64,000 nt of DNA. Source: Octopus sinensis. Lineage: Eukaryota. Every line of letters begins with the position of its first letter. The first letter of the stretch is position 1. Positions 26,227 to 39,755 of the stretch are shown in pieces. Location of the stretch: the NCBI RefSeq assembly GCF_006345805.1, contig NC_043004.1:89838001-89902000 (forward strand). Reading direction: 5' to 3'. The translations under genes were made by a program, and so were the position numbers. The notes below the pieces were generated by a model, which was given only the letters and a program-made list of their open reading frames with translations, ran no database searches and was not told the DNA's origin.

Positions 26227-26649
26227 TATTATTATTTTTTTTCCGATTGCAGTGATACACCTTTGATCCTATAAGAGCTCAATGCATTTTCAAATTATTT
26301 TCTGACTTGCACTGTGTATTTTATCCACATATTCCATTTTAGACATTCCCAGCTTGTGGTTTTTACCACGGCCCTTAGAACTACATGCAATTTTCCAGAG
26401 CTTTTATACAGGTAGTCGATATTTATAATGACCTCCTATATTACCTGGATAATGAACTATCACCCGCACTTGCCCTTTCCCATGCAACCCTTATGTTACG
26501 ATTCCAGGTAGCTTTTTTTAAAACACTAAACAGAACTTATTCATCTTCACTACAAACTTTCTAATGACTAGGAACAAATAAAGACAAACAAACATAAAAA
26601 AAAACACGAAGCAGATGACTATGTCCCCGCCGCTTTCACCTCTATAATG

Positions 26650-27038
26650 GATGGAAGCACTCCGTCGGTTACGACGACGAGGGTTCCGGTTGATCCGAAT
26701 CAACGGAACAGCCTGCTCGTGAAATTAACGTGTAAGTGACTGAGCACTCCACAGACACACGTGTACCCTTAACGTAGTTCTCGGGGATATTCAGTGTGAC
26801 ACAGAGAGTGACAAGGCCGGCCCCTTGAAATACAGGTACAACAGAAACAGGAAGTAAGAGTGAGAGAAAGTTGTGGTGAAAGAGTACAGCAGGGATCACC
26901 ACCATCCCCTGCCGGAGCCTCATGGAGCTTTAGGTGTTTTCGCTCAATAAACACTCACAACGCCCGGTCTGGGAATCGAAACCGCGATCCTATGACCGCG
27001 AGTCCGCTGCCCTAACCACTGGGCCATTGCGCCTCCAC
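26650..27038 (-). mobile_element. SINE family C, full length, 10-bp TSD
   Basis: TSD ctctataatg at 26640-26649 and 27039-27048; highly similar to 17233-17619. Confidence 0.92.
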
Positions 27039-27893
27039 CTCTATAATGACAACCTGAAACAAACAGCTATCATCATTACCAGTAACTAGCAATAAACCCA
27101 AGAATATCACTGCTACAAAATGTAATAGTCACTTCTGGAATGAGAATATCCAAGTTTATACATTAAAGCAACCAAAATTCTTCACTGATATCTCCTTAGC
27201 ACTACCGCGACTACCACCGCCGATATGGGGTTATTTATCTTCACTATGAAATCACAATGGAATCTAAGGATATGTGTATGCAGTATTTTATCCACATATT
27301 CCAGTTCACGTCAGCTGTGTTTTCAATGTATTTGATAACGTATAATAATAATAAAAAAGATAACCAACAAGAACTCATTTCAGTTTGATAAAAATTTAAA
27401 CAGTTTCTATTTTATGCTACAAACATGATTATGTAAATTCTATAATAATTTGCAAAATCAAACATTAAATCATTGATGTACTACATCTATATGTGCTTAT
27501 TTCAAATTTTACTCAATAGGAAGGAGATATCTTTACGAATAAGGAAAAATATATTTTGAAATCGAGTTAGCAATAATAGCAGCGGTGATGACCGCAACGC
27601 CACCCACTACCAGTAGCAGACACTACTACATTGACAACAAAGTCACCACCTCACTAACACTCTCTCTCTCTCTCTCTCTCTCCCTTCCTCTCTATTTACC
27701 ACTATCATAACGATGCTACAGCCAAAACCATTACCATCACTACCAAGTCTCATATTCTAAGTTGCTTCCCTTAGCAAGATGGGATTACGTACGTTAAAGG
27801 TAAATATCAAAAATCTTCACCCTATTTGCAAACACACACACACTTCCTTCCTTCCTGTCTTTCTTTCTTTCTTTCTTTCATTCTTTCTTTCAT

Positions 27894-27925
<32 letters not shown>

Positions 27926-27933
27926 TTCTTTTT

Positions 27934-27980
<47 letters not shown>

Positions 27981-28000
27981 CTCTCTCTATGTATGTGTAT

Positions 28001-28201
28001 AGCAGACCTAAGTACCCCAAATATATCCAAAATAGAATTTTTTTTTTTTCGAAATTTTTTTATCCTACATTAGATGTAAATTTAATAGTGTTTACTTTCG
28101 GACTCTCTCACTCTGTGAAAGTTTCTAGTTCGAATCACACGTGTCTCGAGATGTGCTGAAGATTTTCTATTTTAGATATATTTGGGGTACTTAGGTCTGC
28201 T
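28001..28201. mobile_element. MITE with ~37-bp terminal inverted repeats
   Basis: agcagacctaagtaccccaaatatatccaaaatagaa versus ttctattttagatatatttggggtacttaggtctgct. No TSD resolved. Confidence 0.75.
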
Positions 28202-28574
28202 CAGGACTTAGTGCTTGCTTTTTCCATGGGTATGAGTAAGTATTTCATTTATGTCTTACGTATTTATCGCTGAGGAGGAGAAAATTCTTATGAATTAACT
28301 CTGAAATTGGGACCAATACGGTAATAACGGAATTTTTAAGAAATTTCTATCGGCTTGTTTCGGGACGCATAAATTATAATGGATATTGACAATGTCTATT
28401 TTCGGCATATTTGGCATAAGAATTTTTCTTTTGTCCTTATTATATAAGTTATTTATAAATGTAACCTTTAAAGGTATTTTTTAATATGCTGGCCATTGAT
28501 AATTTTTTTTTTCTAAAAAATGTTATCCTACATTAGATGTAAATATATATATATATATAATATATATATATTAT

Positions 28575-28621
<47 letters not shown>

Positions 28622-28629
28622 ATATATAT

Positions 28630-28770
28630 ATACACACAGTATAAACGATATTCTCCGTTTCTCCACAGCTAATTTCCAAATTAGCTGAATCCGTTGCTCT
28701 ACTCATAGTGATATATAGCTGGTCGTGCGTGAACATGGGAGAGAGCAGAGGTTACCAGAGCAAAAGACCT
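28630..28770 (-). mobile_element. Helitron PIF1-helicase C-terminal remnant
   Basis: MFTHDQLYITMSRATDSANLEISCGETENIVYTV resembles VFSHGQLYVAxSRV...TxNIVY. Confidence 0.7.
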
Positions 28771-28972
28771 ACGCGTTGACTGTAGACACGCTCCTTCGCA
28801 AACGATCAGCTATTATTTTATAAACAATGTTTCGAAACTGTTCTTGTTTTTGAAAGGAGAGATCATGCCTTTGCCCCTGCCACTGTGGGACAGTGGCAGG
28901 GGCAAAGGCATGCAAAAACATGTATGCAATAGGTGTATGTACGTATATGTTGTGTGTGTGTGTGTGTTTTGC

Positions 28973-29020
<48 letters not shown>

Positions 29021-29350
29021 ACAAAACACTGTCCCACTTAGTTGTGATCTGAACATAACCGCTTCTCACACAGAAGATCGGGGGCTCTTTTGGGCGTTCT
29101 ATTTTCCTTGCTGGAAGGGTTCTCCACCCATGGGCAAAGTGGGGTTACATGATGGGGGTGGTGTTTTCAAAAAGGTTGGCATATGCAACCTGATCACCTC
29201 TGCCGATCAAACTCCCAACCCATGCACTCCCGTCGCGACACTGATTCTGCAGAACTGGGTTGGGTATGAAAACTAACTTTAAAGTATAAATATCGATGTT
29301 TAAATTATATTAAAACCATGTAAGTGTGCGTATTTTCCTTTTTTAATTTC

Positions 29351-29405
<55 letters not shown>

Positions 29406-29919
29406 TATATATATCACGAGTCCACAGACAACAAATCCGGAACACCAATGTTCACCAAATTCCGTTGAGCGAACATACAGAGATATGTGATCAGAAAATG
29501 TTTCTAATTTTTCCTTTCCACAAACTACAAGACACAAGCGAGGTCGGAAGAAAGATGAAAGAAAAACGATTTATTAAAATGTTAAAAACTATTCTGAATG
29601 GAAATAACAGCAATGATATAACAACCAGTTAATGATGCGGATTGATAGATATAAACAAGTTACGGAATATCAGTACGTCTGGAAAAGCGTTATGCTTAAA
29701 AGCAGGCGGATTGATCAAAAAGATATTCTAAAAATTCAGCTGGTTTCAGCATTCTAAGAAGCATTAAAGTTGTTAAGAACTCTGCAGTCAGTGAAACACA
29801 TTTGAAATCTGATGAGTACAAATGAGTACAAAAAGCGCTGATTTTGTTAAGATACCATAAAAAAACGTTAAAATCATACTGTTTTAACTTTATTCAACGA
29901 TATACAATTCTATATGTGT

Positions 29920-29979
<60 letters not shown>

Positions 29980-30077
29980 TTAAAATTTAAATCCACATCT
30001 TTGTCTACGTATCTACCTTCTCTATAATGTTGCACTTGATTTGAAAATTTTTGTATTAATGGGAAAACCCCTATAAA

Positions 30078-30161
30078 TGGCTGATGAGGTGCTCGGCATT
30101 TTAAACTGTTGTAATACTTACAACATTTAATAAAATGATGTAGTACGAAACGATCGTACCA
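30078..30161 (+). ncRNA. Type I hammerhead motif with extended stem II (GUA site)
   Basis: TGG CTGATGA G GTGC...GTAC GAAA CGATCG T A CCA; inner arms catttta/taaaatg and tgttgtaa/ttacaaca. Homolog at 48773-48858. Confidence 0.72.
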
Positions 30162-31059
30162 AATTACCGGAGTCATTCTTGTTGTATTTGATTATAATAT
30201 ATATATATAATATTACATATATTATATATATTATATATAATATATATATTATATATATAATATATATATATATAAATGGTTTGGTATGTGCATATGCTGC
30301 TAAATGTATATATAAGCCAACATGAATTTTTTTAATTTTAACTTTTAAACGGATATAACTTTTAATGTATTAATTGATTTATATTTTACATATAATTATT
30401 TACCCTATGTATTTAAACTCTGTCTTTTTCTAAGCTTTTTTGATTTAAGGTTTTCTGCGATTTTATAATATGATGATTTTATACTGAATTTTGTTCAATG
30501 CATGCTTAAGACCGTCAGTTGAAAGACCAATGAAACAAACCCATTTTCAAATGTATATCCATTAAACTAATTCTATATGTTTGCTTATAACCTTATTTCT
30601 GTTCCATTCTAAACAAAAATGTCCGACCAACGGGAACGTGAAACTTTGAGTAACAGTTTTTATGTAACACTCTTCACTCCTATCTATTTCCCCTTCTCTC
30701 TCTAATTTTCTGTTTCTCTTTCTTTTATTTATTTTCTTCTTTTCCATTGTTTTCTCCCCGCCTCATACTTAATATTTTCTGATTTTTTCCTCCTCTTTCT
30801 TTCGCTGGTAACAACTAACTTGTATAAACACACGCTTGCGTGTGTCCGTACGTACATATATACGCATTTGTATATATATTTATGTCCTGCCTATATCTGT
30901 CTGTATATGTATGTAACTCTCTGCATGCGTCTGTATGTTTAGTGTATATATGTATATCATAGAAGGGAAGGTTTACGAAAATAAACAAAAGACGAAGACA
31001 GGTGGAGTACAAACAAACAAATGTATTAGTATGGCGCTCAGGAATAGAAATAGAAAAAG

Positions 31060-31097
31060 TCTTTTACGTTTCGAGCCTACGCTCTTCGACAGAAAGA
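31060..31097 (-). ncRNA. Hammerhead motif, A6U core variant
   Basis: TCTTT CTGTCGA A GAGC-GTAG-GCTC GAAA CG T A AAAGA. Confidence 0.6.
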
Positions 31098-31532
31098 TAC
31101 ACAGAAAAAAAACAAGGAGAGAAAAAAAATGCGTGTAGGAGCTGTTTGGTATCAACTAATATTTTACAGCTAATTATTTACCCTAGGTATTCAGGTTCTG
31201 TGCTTCTTTATAAGCCGTTTTTTATTTAAGGTTTTCTTCGATTTTTATAAATTTGTTCATTGCATGCAACCAGTCATCGAAAAGACCGTCACTTGAAAGA
31301 CCAATGAAACAAAACCACTTTCAAATGTGTATCTATTAAACTAATTGTATTTTTGCTTATAACCTTATTTTTGTTCCATTCTAAACAAAAATGTCCGACC
31401 AACGGGAACCTGAAGCTCTGAGTAACAGTTTTTGTGATATTTTTGGTGTTCTTAATTTATTACTCTACCTCTGGTATTCGAGTACTATTTCTTCCACTTT
31501 GTTTTGCATTTATGTGCTTACTCTGGTGTATG

Positions 31533-31566
<34 letters not shown>

Positions 31567-31576
31567 TGTATGTATG

Positions 31577-31610
<34 letters not shown>

Positions 31611-31663
31611 AAGTATATATACATATATGTATACATACATACATACATAGATACATACATACA

Positions 31664-31697
<34 letters not shown>

Positions 31698-31730
31698 CTT
31701 TATTTAAAAGCAGCAGAAATTTAACAAAAG

Positions 31731-31767
31731 CTGTTACTCGAGTTTCACGTTCCCGTTCGTCGGACAA
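31731..31767 (-). ncRNA. Hammerhead motif, U4C core variant
   Basis: TTGT CCGACGA ACG-GGAA-CGT GAAA CTCGAG T A ACAG, with perfect palindrome ACTCGAGT. Lies downstream of a decayed PLE C-terminal remnant at ~31830-31930. Confidence 0.68.
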
Positions 31768-32234
31768 TTTTGTTAAAATAGAATCGAGATGACAATTCTA
31801 TCAATTCTATAAACGTTACACCCAAATTCCGTGCAGCATGGAATTTTGTCAGTGAATAGGTCGCTGTCTCAAGGTGAGGAAAATATTTTGACAAATTAGA
31901 TTTAAATGTTGAAGTGAATCTAACGGATTTTGTGTGTTTCTTAAATGGCTTACAAACACCTTCCATGCTGCAATTGTTTTTATTTTAGATCAGGTCACTT
32001 GCTATGCAAGTACATCTCCATAATTATAATAGTTGGTTGTAGGAATACACCTTCCACGCTGCAATTGTTTTCGTTCCAGCACACGATCTTAGATCAGGTC
32101 ACTTGCTATCAAGTACATCTTCGTAATATACATATATTATATATTATATATATATATATGTATATTTTTTTTTTAATGAAAAAAACATTTTTTCAAAGTT
32201 TCAGCTCAGAGCTGCGGCCATGCTGATCACCGCG

Positions 32235-32288
<54 letters not shown>

Positions 32289-32817
32289 GCCTGACTATAT
32301 CAGTCCGTTGTGGCATCTATTATCTAATTGCTGCTCATCCTTAATTGTCCTTGTTAGGCAGACACAATAATCTTGCTGAGTTTTTACAATAAGGCATTAA
32401 TGATATGCTTAACAAGCAACATTTCATCGTCTACATCAAACTCATAAGATTACCGTCTAATTTGATTTCAAGCACTTTTTATCATCTTCCAACTGTCCAT
32501 GCAGTCGTTTCTGAGTGACTATGGGTGTATGTGTGAGTGAGTGAGTGAGTAATTTAGTGAGCGAGTAAGAGAAGGAGGAAGGAATTGAGGTTGTGTATTA
32601 TTTGTGTGTATGATTGTGTGTATGTGTATGTGTATGCAACATTCTGTTTCCACTGATCTTAAGTATCTTATTTTTAATCTCTTCTAGTTTCGATAATTCG
32701 TCCCTTTTTATGACCTAGTTCATTTTATCCATGTACTCTTGTTCTACCGTTAATTCATCTAAAACTAATCCGCTCTCCATTGTTCACTGATGTTCCTCGA
32801 TACAGATGCTTATTATA

Positions 32818-33251
32818 TACTCTTTTACTCTTTTTACTCTTTTTTACTTGTTTCAGTCATTTGACTGCGGCCATGCTGGAGCACCGCCTTTACTCGAGCA
32901 ACTCGACCCCGGGACTTATTCTTTTGTAAGCCCAGTACTTATTCTATCGGTCTCTTTTGCCGAACCGCTAAGTGACGGGGACATAAACACACCAGCATCG
33001 GTTGTCAAGCAATGCTAGGGGGACAAACACACACACGCACATATATATATATATAATGCTTAGCGTTATTTCGTCTGTCGTTACGTTCTGAGTTCAAATT
33101 CCGCCGAGGTCCACTTTGCCTTTCATCCTCTCGGGGTCGATAAATAAAGTACCAGTTTCGCACTGGGTCAATGTAATCGACTTAATCCCTTTGTCTGTCC
33201 TTGTTTGTCCCCTCTATGTTTAGCCCCTTGTGGGTAGTAAAGATATATATA

Positions 33252-33297
<46 letters not shown>

Positions 33298-33475
33298 TAT
33301 ATATATATATACGACGGGCTTCTTTCAGTTTCCGTCTACCAAATCCACTCACAAGGCTTTGGTCGGCCCGAGGCTATAGTAGAAGACACTTGTCCAAGGT
33401 GCCACGCAGTGGGACTGAACCCGTAACCATGTGGTTGGTAAACAAGCTACTTACCACATAGCCACTCCTGCGCCT
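32818..33475 (-). mobile_element. SINE family A interrupted by a family B copy (33058-33243, +) at its internal microsatellite
   Basis: 3' half at 32818-33030 and 5' half at 33300-33475, with family B sequence between them. Confidence 0.82.
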
Positions 33476-33705
33476 ATATATACCCAACTATATTTTGTTA
33501 ATTTCTTGTTATTTCTGTTTCGATTTGATAATGTACTTAGATAAATTGGAGTCTCAAACCAATAATGGTTTAAGTACAACAAGAGTAAATAACTCGGAAA
33601 TGTATCGATAACGGGGCTGATAATGCAAAATGCGCTAGAAACATTGAATTATTAGACTGATAAATATGATTCCTTTAGCAAAGAATTAATCTTTTTTTTT
33701 TTTTC

Positions 33706-34930
33706 ATCTTTTAGTGAGGAGGGCTGTGGACTTTAGTTCATACCTGGACGACCTTCCGAGGCTCTCGGCAGCGGACACGAAGTTTTACGGAAAACCAATA
33801 AGGGCCACTGAAATACCGATGGCGATAAGCAGTTGCAGAAGTCGCAAATCGCTCGGTTTCGATGGTCTACCTTATGAATTCTACGAATTTACAGTTTTGG
33901 CAGCCGTCAATCGTAACTGGCAGAATTCCGAGTGCTGGCTCTCCAGCCACTGGAGAAGTAGGAAAAGCTGAGGGGAATCTCTTTTGATCAGGGGCACCGG
34001 AGGCCAGGGTCGTCGTACACGGACGACGTCACCGCGATGGTGTCGAGCGCCTACGAAGTGGAGATGGTCAGTACCATTCTAAAGGAATACGAATTGATAG
34101 CAGGGGCTAAAATAAGCGCCAAAAACAAGATGGGCTTGCGGCTGGGCACCTGGAGTCACTGGAGTGACGGACCGGTCAAACTGCTCTGGGTCTGGTTCGG
34201 TCCCGACCTCAAAGTAGACAAGCACTGGACCAGGTGACGACCAGGGTGGCCATTCTTACTCAGAAATGGACAGAGAGAAAGCTGTCCCTGACAGGTCAAG
34301 CCGAGATGGCGAATCTCTACATCACTTCCGTTATTGTTTATGGCCTGATCGTTGTGTCTTGTTCAGGCAACTGCATAATCAGCTAGAACGTCTGTTGTTT
34401 ATTTTCTTGTGGAAGGGACGCATTCGAATGGTCAGGCGGTCAGACTGTCAGTCGGTCAGTACCGTCTGCGTGGCGGCTAAAGCATGGCGTTGGTGCTGCT
34501 GCACAGACAGGCGCTGAAGTTACTCCGCCTGAAACGATTCCAAGATAGCAAACGTGTGTGAGCTCCGTTCGTGAGACATGCTTCCGCAGCCCGTTTCTTG
34601 GGTGAAGGAAATACCGAAACTGAGCGCCTGATACCTTAAATGTCATCAGGCGTTCATTACCATTGACCAGTCAGGTAATGAGACGGTGGATATATAGCGG
34701 ATTAGTGGCGGGAAGTGTATCGACATTCTCGGAGACAATCTGAGTGTCAATGAAAACAAACTGGCTCGCCTGCTCCGGAGGACTACTATAGATAACTTCC
34801 AGAAGTCATTGCACTACAGGTTCGAGATAAACTCTACAGGCATAGGTGTGTTGTCAGACGGGCTTGTCCGAGACACGCGCAAAGCGACGAAACTATTCTG
34901 CACGCATTCAGTGTATGTTCTAGGTTGACT
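33706..34930 (+). mobile_element. Tx1/L1-like LINE ORF2 (RT) remnant
   Basis: FSSYLDDLPRLS..KSLGFDGLPYEFY, SYTDDVT, YELIAGAKIS..KMGLRLGTW; many disablements. Confidence 0.8.
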
Positions 34931-35422
34931 TGCGGAGTTATGTTGAACAGCTACTGTCTCGTGTGGGACGGATCCATCTGTCGGTCGAGTCCATAGTAAT
35001 GATTGCCCCACCTCCCCAACTTTTATCAGGGTGGTAAAGCAGTGTTCCTTTGCTGCCTATTGCGAAAGAGGTCGTCCGGTTGACAAGGCTGAAAGGCATG
35101 AAGTCAGAGACTTCTTTCTTTGGTAGATCCCTCATCGACCGTTTCCAAGTTTAACTGGAAAAGGAAAGCGAAACGACAACAGTATCAAAAGCAACAGCAG
35201 GATCGCCAACAACAACATCACCAACAGCATCAATGCCAAGAACAACAGCGTCCAAAACAATAACAGCATCAACAGAAGGAGCAGCAGGAGAAATCCATTC
35301 AAAAAACATCAGCAACAAGCACAGATACCATACCCTAGAAAAGCAATAACATTATCTGCACCATCACCACCAAGAGAAGTCTTACCCATACCAGTCGACC
35401 AGACAACCACAACCGTGTAGAC

Positions 35423-35623
35423 CAGTGGTTTTCAACCAGGGTTCCGCCAGTACAGTCTAGGGGTTCCGCAAGAAGTTAAAAAACTGCTAAAATCGGCAGT
35501 AAATGTTAAGTCTCCTGTGCAGATATGTGTGCATAAGACTATTAAATTATTGCACAGGGGTTCCTCGAGCCAGTAGAATGTTTCCATGGGGTTCCGCTCC
35601 AGAAAAAAGTTTGAAAAGCACTG
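35423..35623. mobile_element. hAT-type MITE (201 bp) with 8-bp TSD
   Basis: TIRs CAGTGGTTTTCAA / TTGAAAAGCACTG; TSD gtgtagac at 35415-35422 and 35624-35631. Confidence 0.88.
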
Positions 35624-35847
35624 GTGTAGACATACTCTTCCGCCTGCCACAAATTTCTCCGACTGTCACAACTCGTATACTGAAGAAGACAGTTTGGAAA
35701 AAGAACCTGAATGAGTCTTGGTGAAAGAAAAAAGAAAAAATTACAAAATGAAAAACGTGGTACAAGACTGAAAACAATGAGATCAGAGGAGGATAAGAGA
35801 GAAACCAAAATATCACCACACACCCACACTAAGTATAGATGTCGTGG

Positions 35848-36120
35848 CTATCAGTGAAAGCAGACTTTCCAACCGACAAGCTTCCGAGCCTATCTTCGGT
35901 GGATACGGGATTTACTTATCTCCATATCAACCAGAAATGGGAGATGGAATTGCGGTGTTGTTCTAGAATGGTCTGAACCTCAAGATAAAGGCAATTTTCC
36001 TGGACCCAGAAGGTAATTTGGTGGTCCTGGATGTGAACGGTAGCAACGGAGTTACTTTCAGGCTCGTGGTTATTTATGCTCCGCCAAAAGCAGAACAGTC
36101 AGATTTCTTCAGAGGTTTTC
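35848..36120 (+). mobile_element. Tx1/L1-like APE endonuclease remnant
   Basis: DVVAISESRL...LDPEGNLVVLDVNGSNGVTFRLVVIYAP; paralogous to 54916-55200. Confidence 0.78.
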
Positions 36121-36500
36121 GTCCCAGAGGATTTTGTTGACACGTGGGCTTCTGTCGAACGCCTACTGTTGCGTGTAGGACGGATCCGGCTATCGGTTGA
36201 GTCCATCGTGAAGATATCCCTACCGCCTTCCTTTAGGCGGGAAGGACAGGCAGTGTTTCTTTGTTTTATAGCCTTAGTGAGAGGTTGTGTGGTGGACCAG
36301 GTTGAAAAAGCTGAAGACAGATACATTCTCCTTCAGTCAAGGCATCAACTATTTTAAGTTTCATTTGAAAAAGAAAAGTACTGCCTCCCAGCAATTTTGT
36401 TAAAAGGCGGGTGAGTGTTGAGCGAATGGCCCGAGTGAGTGGGCCTACTCTAAATATGCGCCTCTTGATCGAAAGTAGATGAAGACGAGATGGCACTTGT
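36120..36500 (-). mobile_element. Tx1-like ORF1 remnant (related fragment at 34930-35135)
   Basis: Shared 'atggactcgaccgat...atccgtcc' segment with 34960-35000; basic ORF1-like translation. Confidence 0.5.
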
Positions 36501-36717
36501 CTTACAGACCAGGATGATCGAGTCTCCCTCTTTTGGGGACTTTAATTGTTAGAATTTTCATTGTTATTCTTTATTTGCACGTTTCAATCCCACTCTATTT
36601 GTATTGTATTATCCTGTATCGTTCCCAACCTTTTATATGAACCCTCGATGGTTAATAAAGAAATTATCATCATCATCATCATCATCATCATTATTATTAT
36701 TATTATTATTATTATTA

Positions 36718-36982
36718 AGACGGCAAGCTGGCAGAATCGTTAGCACCCCTGGCGAAATGCTTAGCGCTATTTCGTCTGAGGCTACGTTCTGAGTTCAAAT
36801 TCCGCCGAGGTCGACTTTGCCTTTCACCCTTTCGGGGTTGTATCAGTAAAGTACCAGTAAAACACTGGGGTCGATGTAATAGACTAGTCCCCTCCCCACA
36901 AATTTCAAGCCTTGTGCCTTTAGTTGAAAGAATTATTATTATTATTATTATTATCATCATCATCATCATCATCATCATCATT

Positions 36983-37020
<38 letters not shown>

Positions 37021-38250
37021 TATTATTATTATTATTATTATTATTCATCCGTTTTTACATTCTCTGTTCAACTTCTGCCATGGTCAACTTTGCCTCTTAT
37101 CCTTTTGGATCGATGAAATAAGTATCAGTTGAAAACTGGGGTAGATATTAACGACCAACCCTGCCCCCTAAATTTCAGGTCTTGTGCCTATTATAGTGGA
37201 AAGAATTATTATTGAGTGACTATATGGCAGAATCGTTAGCACACCGGACAATATGCTTATCGGCATTTCCTCCATATTTACATACACATACACACAAATA
37301 TACAGAGTAACTGGAAAGTCTGGTAGGAGTGGCTGTGTGGTAAGTAGCTTGCTTACGAACCACATGGTTTCAGGTTCAGTCCCACTGCGTGGTACCTTGG
37401 GTAACTGTCTTCTACTATCGCCTCGGGCCGACCAAAGCCTTGTGAGTGGATTTGGTAGACGGAAACTGAAAGAAGCCTGTCGTATATATATGTATACATA
37501 TGTGTGTGTATATGTTTGTGTGTCTGTGTTTGTCCCCCCCAACATCGCTTGACAACCGATGCTGGTGTGTTTACGTCCCCGTAACTTAGCGGTTCGGCAA
37601 AAGAGATCCGATAGAATAAGCACTAGGCTTACAAAGAATAAGTCCTGGGGTCGATTGTCTCGACTAAAAGGTGGTGCTCCAGCATGGCCATAGTCAAATG
37701 ACTGAAACAAGTAAAAGAGTAAAAGAGTATACGTATTCTAGGAAAAAAAAAATTTAATCTTAGTCATGACAGCTTCTCTTGTTTCATCCGTTACAGTTGG
37801 CTGTCCGGAATGGGGTTTGTCCAAGACAACTGCCTGTCTCTTCGAATTTCTTAATCACCTTTCACGCTGTTCAAATTCCGCTGCGGTCATCCTTTCAGTG
37901 TACCAGTTAAGCGCTGGAGTCAATGTAATCAACTAGCTCCTGGCCTGTGTCTATAGCAGAAAGGATTATTATTATCTATATTATTATATTATTATTGTCT
38001 ATAGCAGAAAGGAATACTATTATTAAGGCGGCGAGCTGGCAGAAACGTTAGCACGCCGGGCGAAACGCTTTGTGGTATTTCGTCTGCCGCTACGTTCTGA
38101 GTTCAAATTCCGCCGAGGTTGACTTTGCCTTTCATCCTTTCGGGGTCGATAAATTAAGGACCAAGTTACGCACCGGGGTCGATGTAATCGACTTAATCTA
38201 TCTGTCTGTCCTCTCTGTGTTTAGCCCCTTGTGGGTAGTAAAGAAATAGG
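36718..38250 (+). mobile_element. Cluster of same-strand SINEs (family B at 36718, 37070, 37225, 37845, 38025; family A at 37320-37730) with (ATT/ATC)n spacers
   Basis: Repeated family heads and central domains. Confidence 0.85.
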
Positions 38251-38619
38251 ATTATTATTATCATTATTATGCCTCTTCTTGTATGGATGTTAGAAATATA
38301 TATAGAAAGGACTTCATTTCAATAATTCACATCTAGCTGATTGGCATGAAGTCACTCCCAAGTCCGAGAGATCAGCTTCCACCTCGCCTCAGTCAGTGCT
38401 GTCGCTATCTAGTCTCATCTCACCACTGAAGCACACCTACCTACATGCCTCCCCTCCACTCCTCACCCATAGTTTTTCCCCTAGGACTCGCACTAACCAT
38501 TAACCCAGTCTTGTGTCCCCAGAATCTCACTCCATGGAATTTTCTCCAAATCCACGTTTGTTCGTTTTCCTGCGTTTTTTTTTTCTACGCTTGTAAGCTT
38601 AAGAGCTGTTCTTCACTCC

Positions 38620-38895
38620 TTTTCCAGAGCGTGGGCTGCGGGGTCACTCCGAAAAGCTCTATCTGCGACGATTTCATCTCAATCGAAGGAGAGGGGCTTT
38701 CTCCGTCCGGGTTGCGGATCCGTGGAATAAGCTGCCGGACGAGATAGTGAAGATGCCGACGACCGCTCGGTTCAAAGTCTCTCTTGACCAGAAATGGCCT
38801 GAACTCTTTGCATGAACACCCCTGTACATAACTCCATGTCCCCCTACATGGCATTGCTTTTTGCTTTTTGAGCCAAAAAATTAACTAACTAACTT
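38620..38895 (+). mobile_element. CR1-type LINE 3' end
   Basis: RFHLNRRRGAFSVRVADPWNKLPDEIVKMPTTARFKVSLD is typical of the CR1 ORF2 C-terminus; (TAAC)n tail. Confidence 0.82.
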
Positions 38896-39713
38896 ATCTC
38901 CTCTTCTTCCTAGCTCTCCTGTGTGACCCCCTCTGTCCGGCTTTCGTCATGATAGATCGCTAGCCACTACACATTCTTTAACTTAACTTATGAACTGCAT
39001 TGATCTGCCTATGAGGGCCTATGAATTCTATGAGCATAGACCTTTCATCAAAAACAAACCATAAAAAATATATTATCGGCATATCAAAATGTATGATCTA
39101 AAAGACAAAAACTTTAAGGCGACGAGCTGGCAGAATCGTTAGAACGTCGGAAAAAATGCTTAGGTGTCGATGTAATAGATATGCCCTTGCGCTAAACATC
39201 GCTGGCCTTGTGCCAAAATTAGAATGTTATGTTTTATGCGTATCTCATGGCTATATCTCCAATAGTGTACACTACATAGTCAATATATCTGCTGACAGAA
39301 ACGATTGCTGGTAGTTGAAGGTGATTCAAATCTACTTAACATCCCTGTTGCAATTCACAATTGCCTTGCAATTATATTGATGATGTAATATAAACTCCAC
39401 TGTTTAAAATATGTTTCTCAAGTTGTGACCGTCCTGTGTATTAAAAAAAGAAAATTGTACTCTAGTCTTTATTATGCATGGCATTTACTTGACAACACAT
39501 GGAAACAAGTTTTGAATGTTGAAACCCTTTGAACGAACTGAAAAAGATGAGTTTTACGCATGGCTGATTGTAAATAAATAGTAGATATAAAAATAATCAC
39601 AGAAACACGTGTATGAACATTGTTTTGGGAAAGAAATGTTGGGATAAATGATAATTCTGCATGAGTTTGTGAGCAGACACAGACACAGACACACATGCAC
39701 GCACGCACACGCA

Positions 39714-39755
<42 letters not shown>

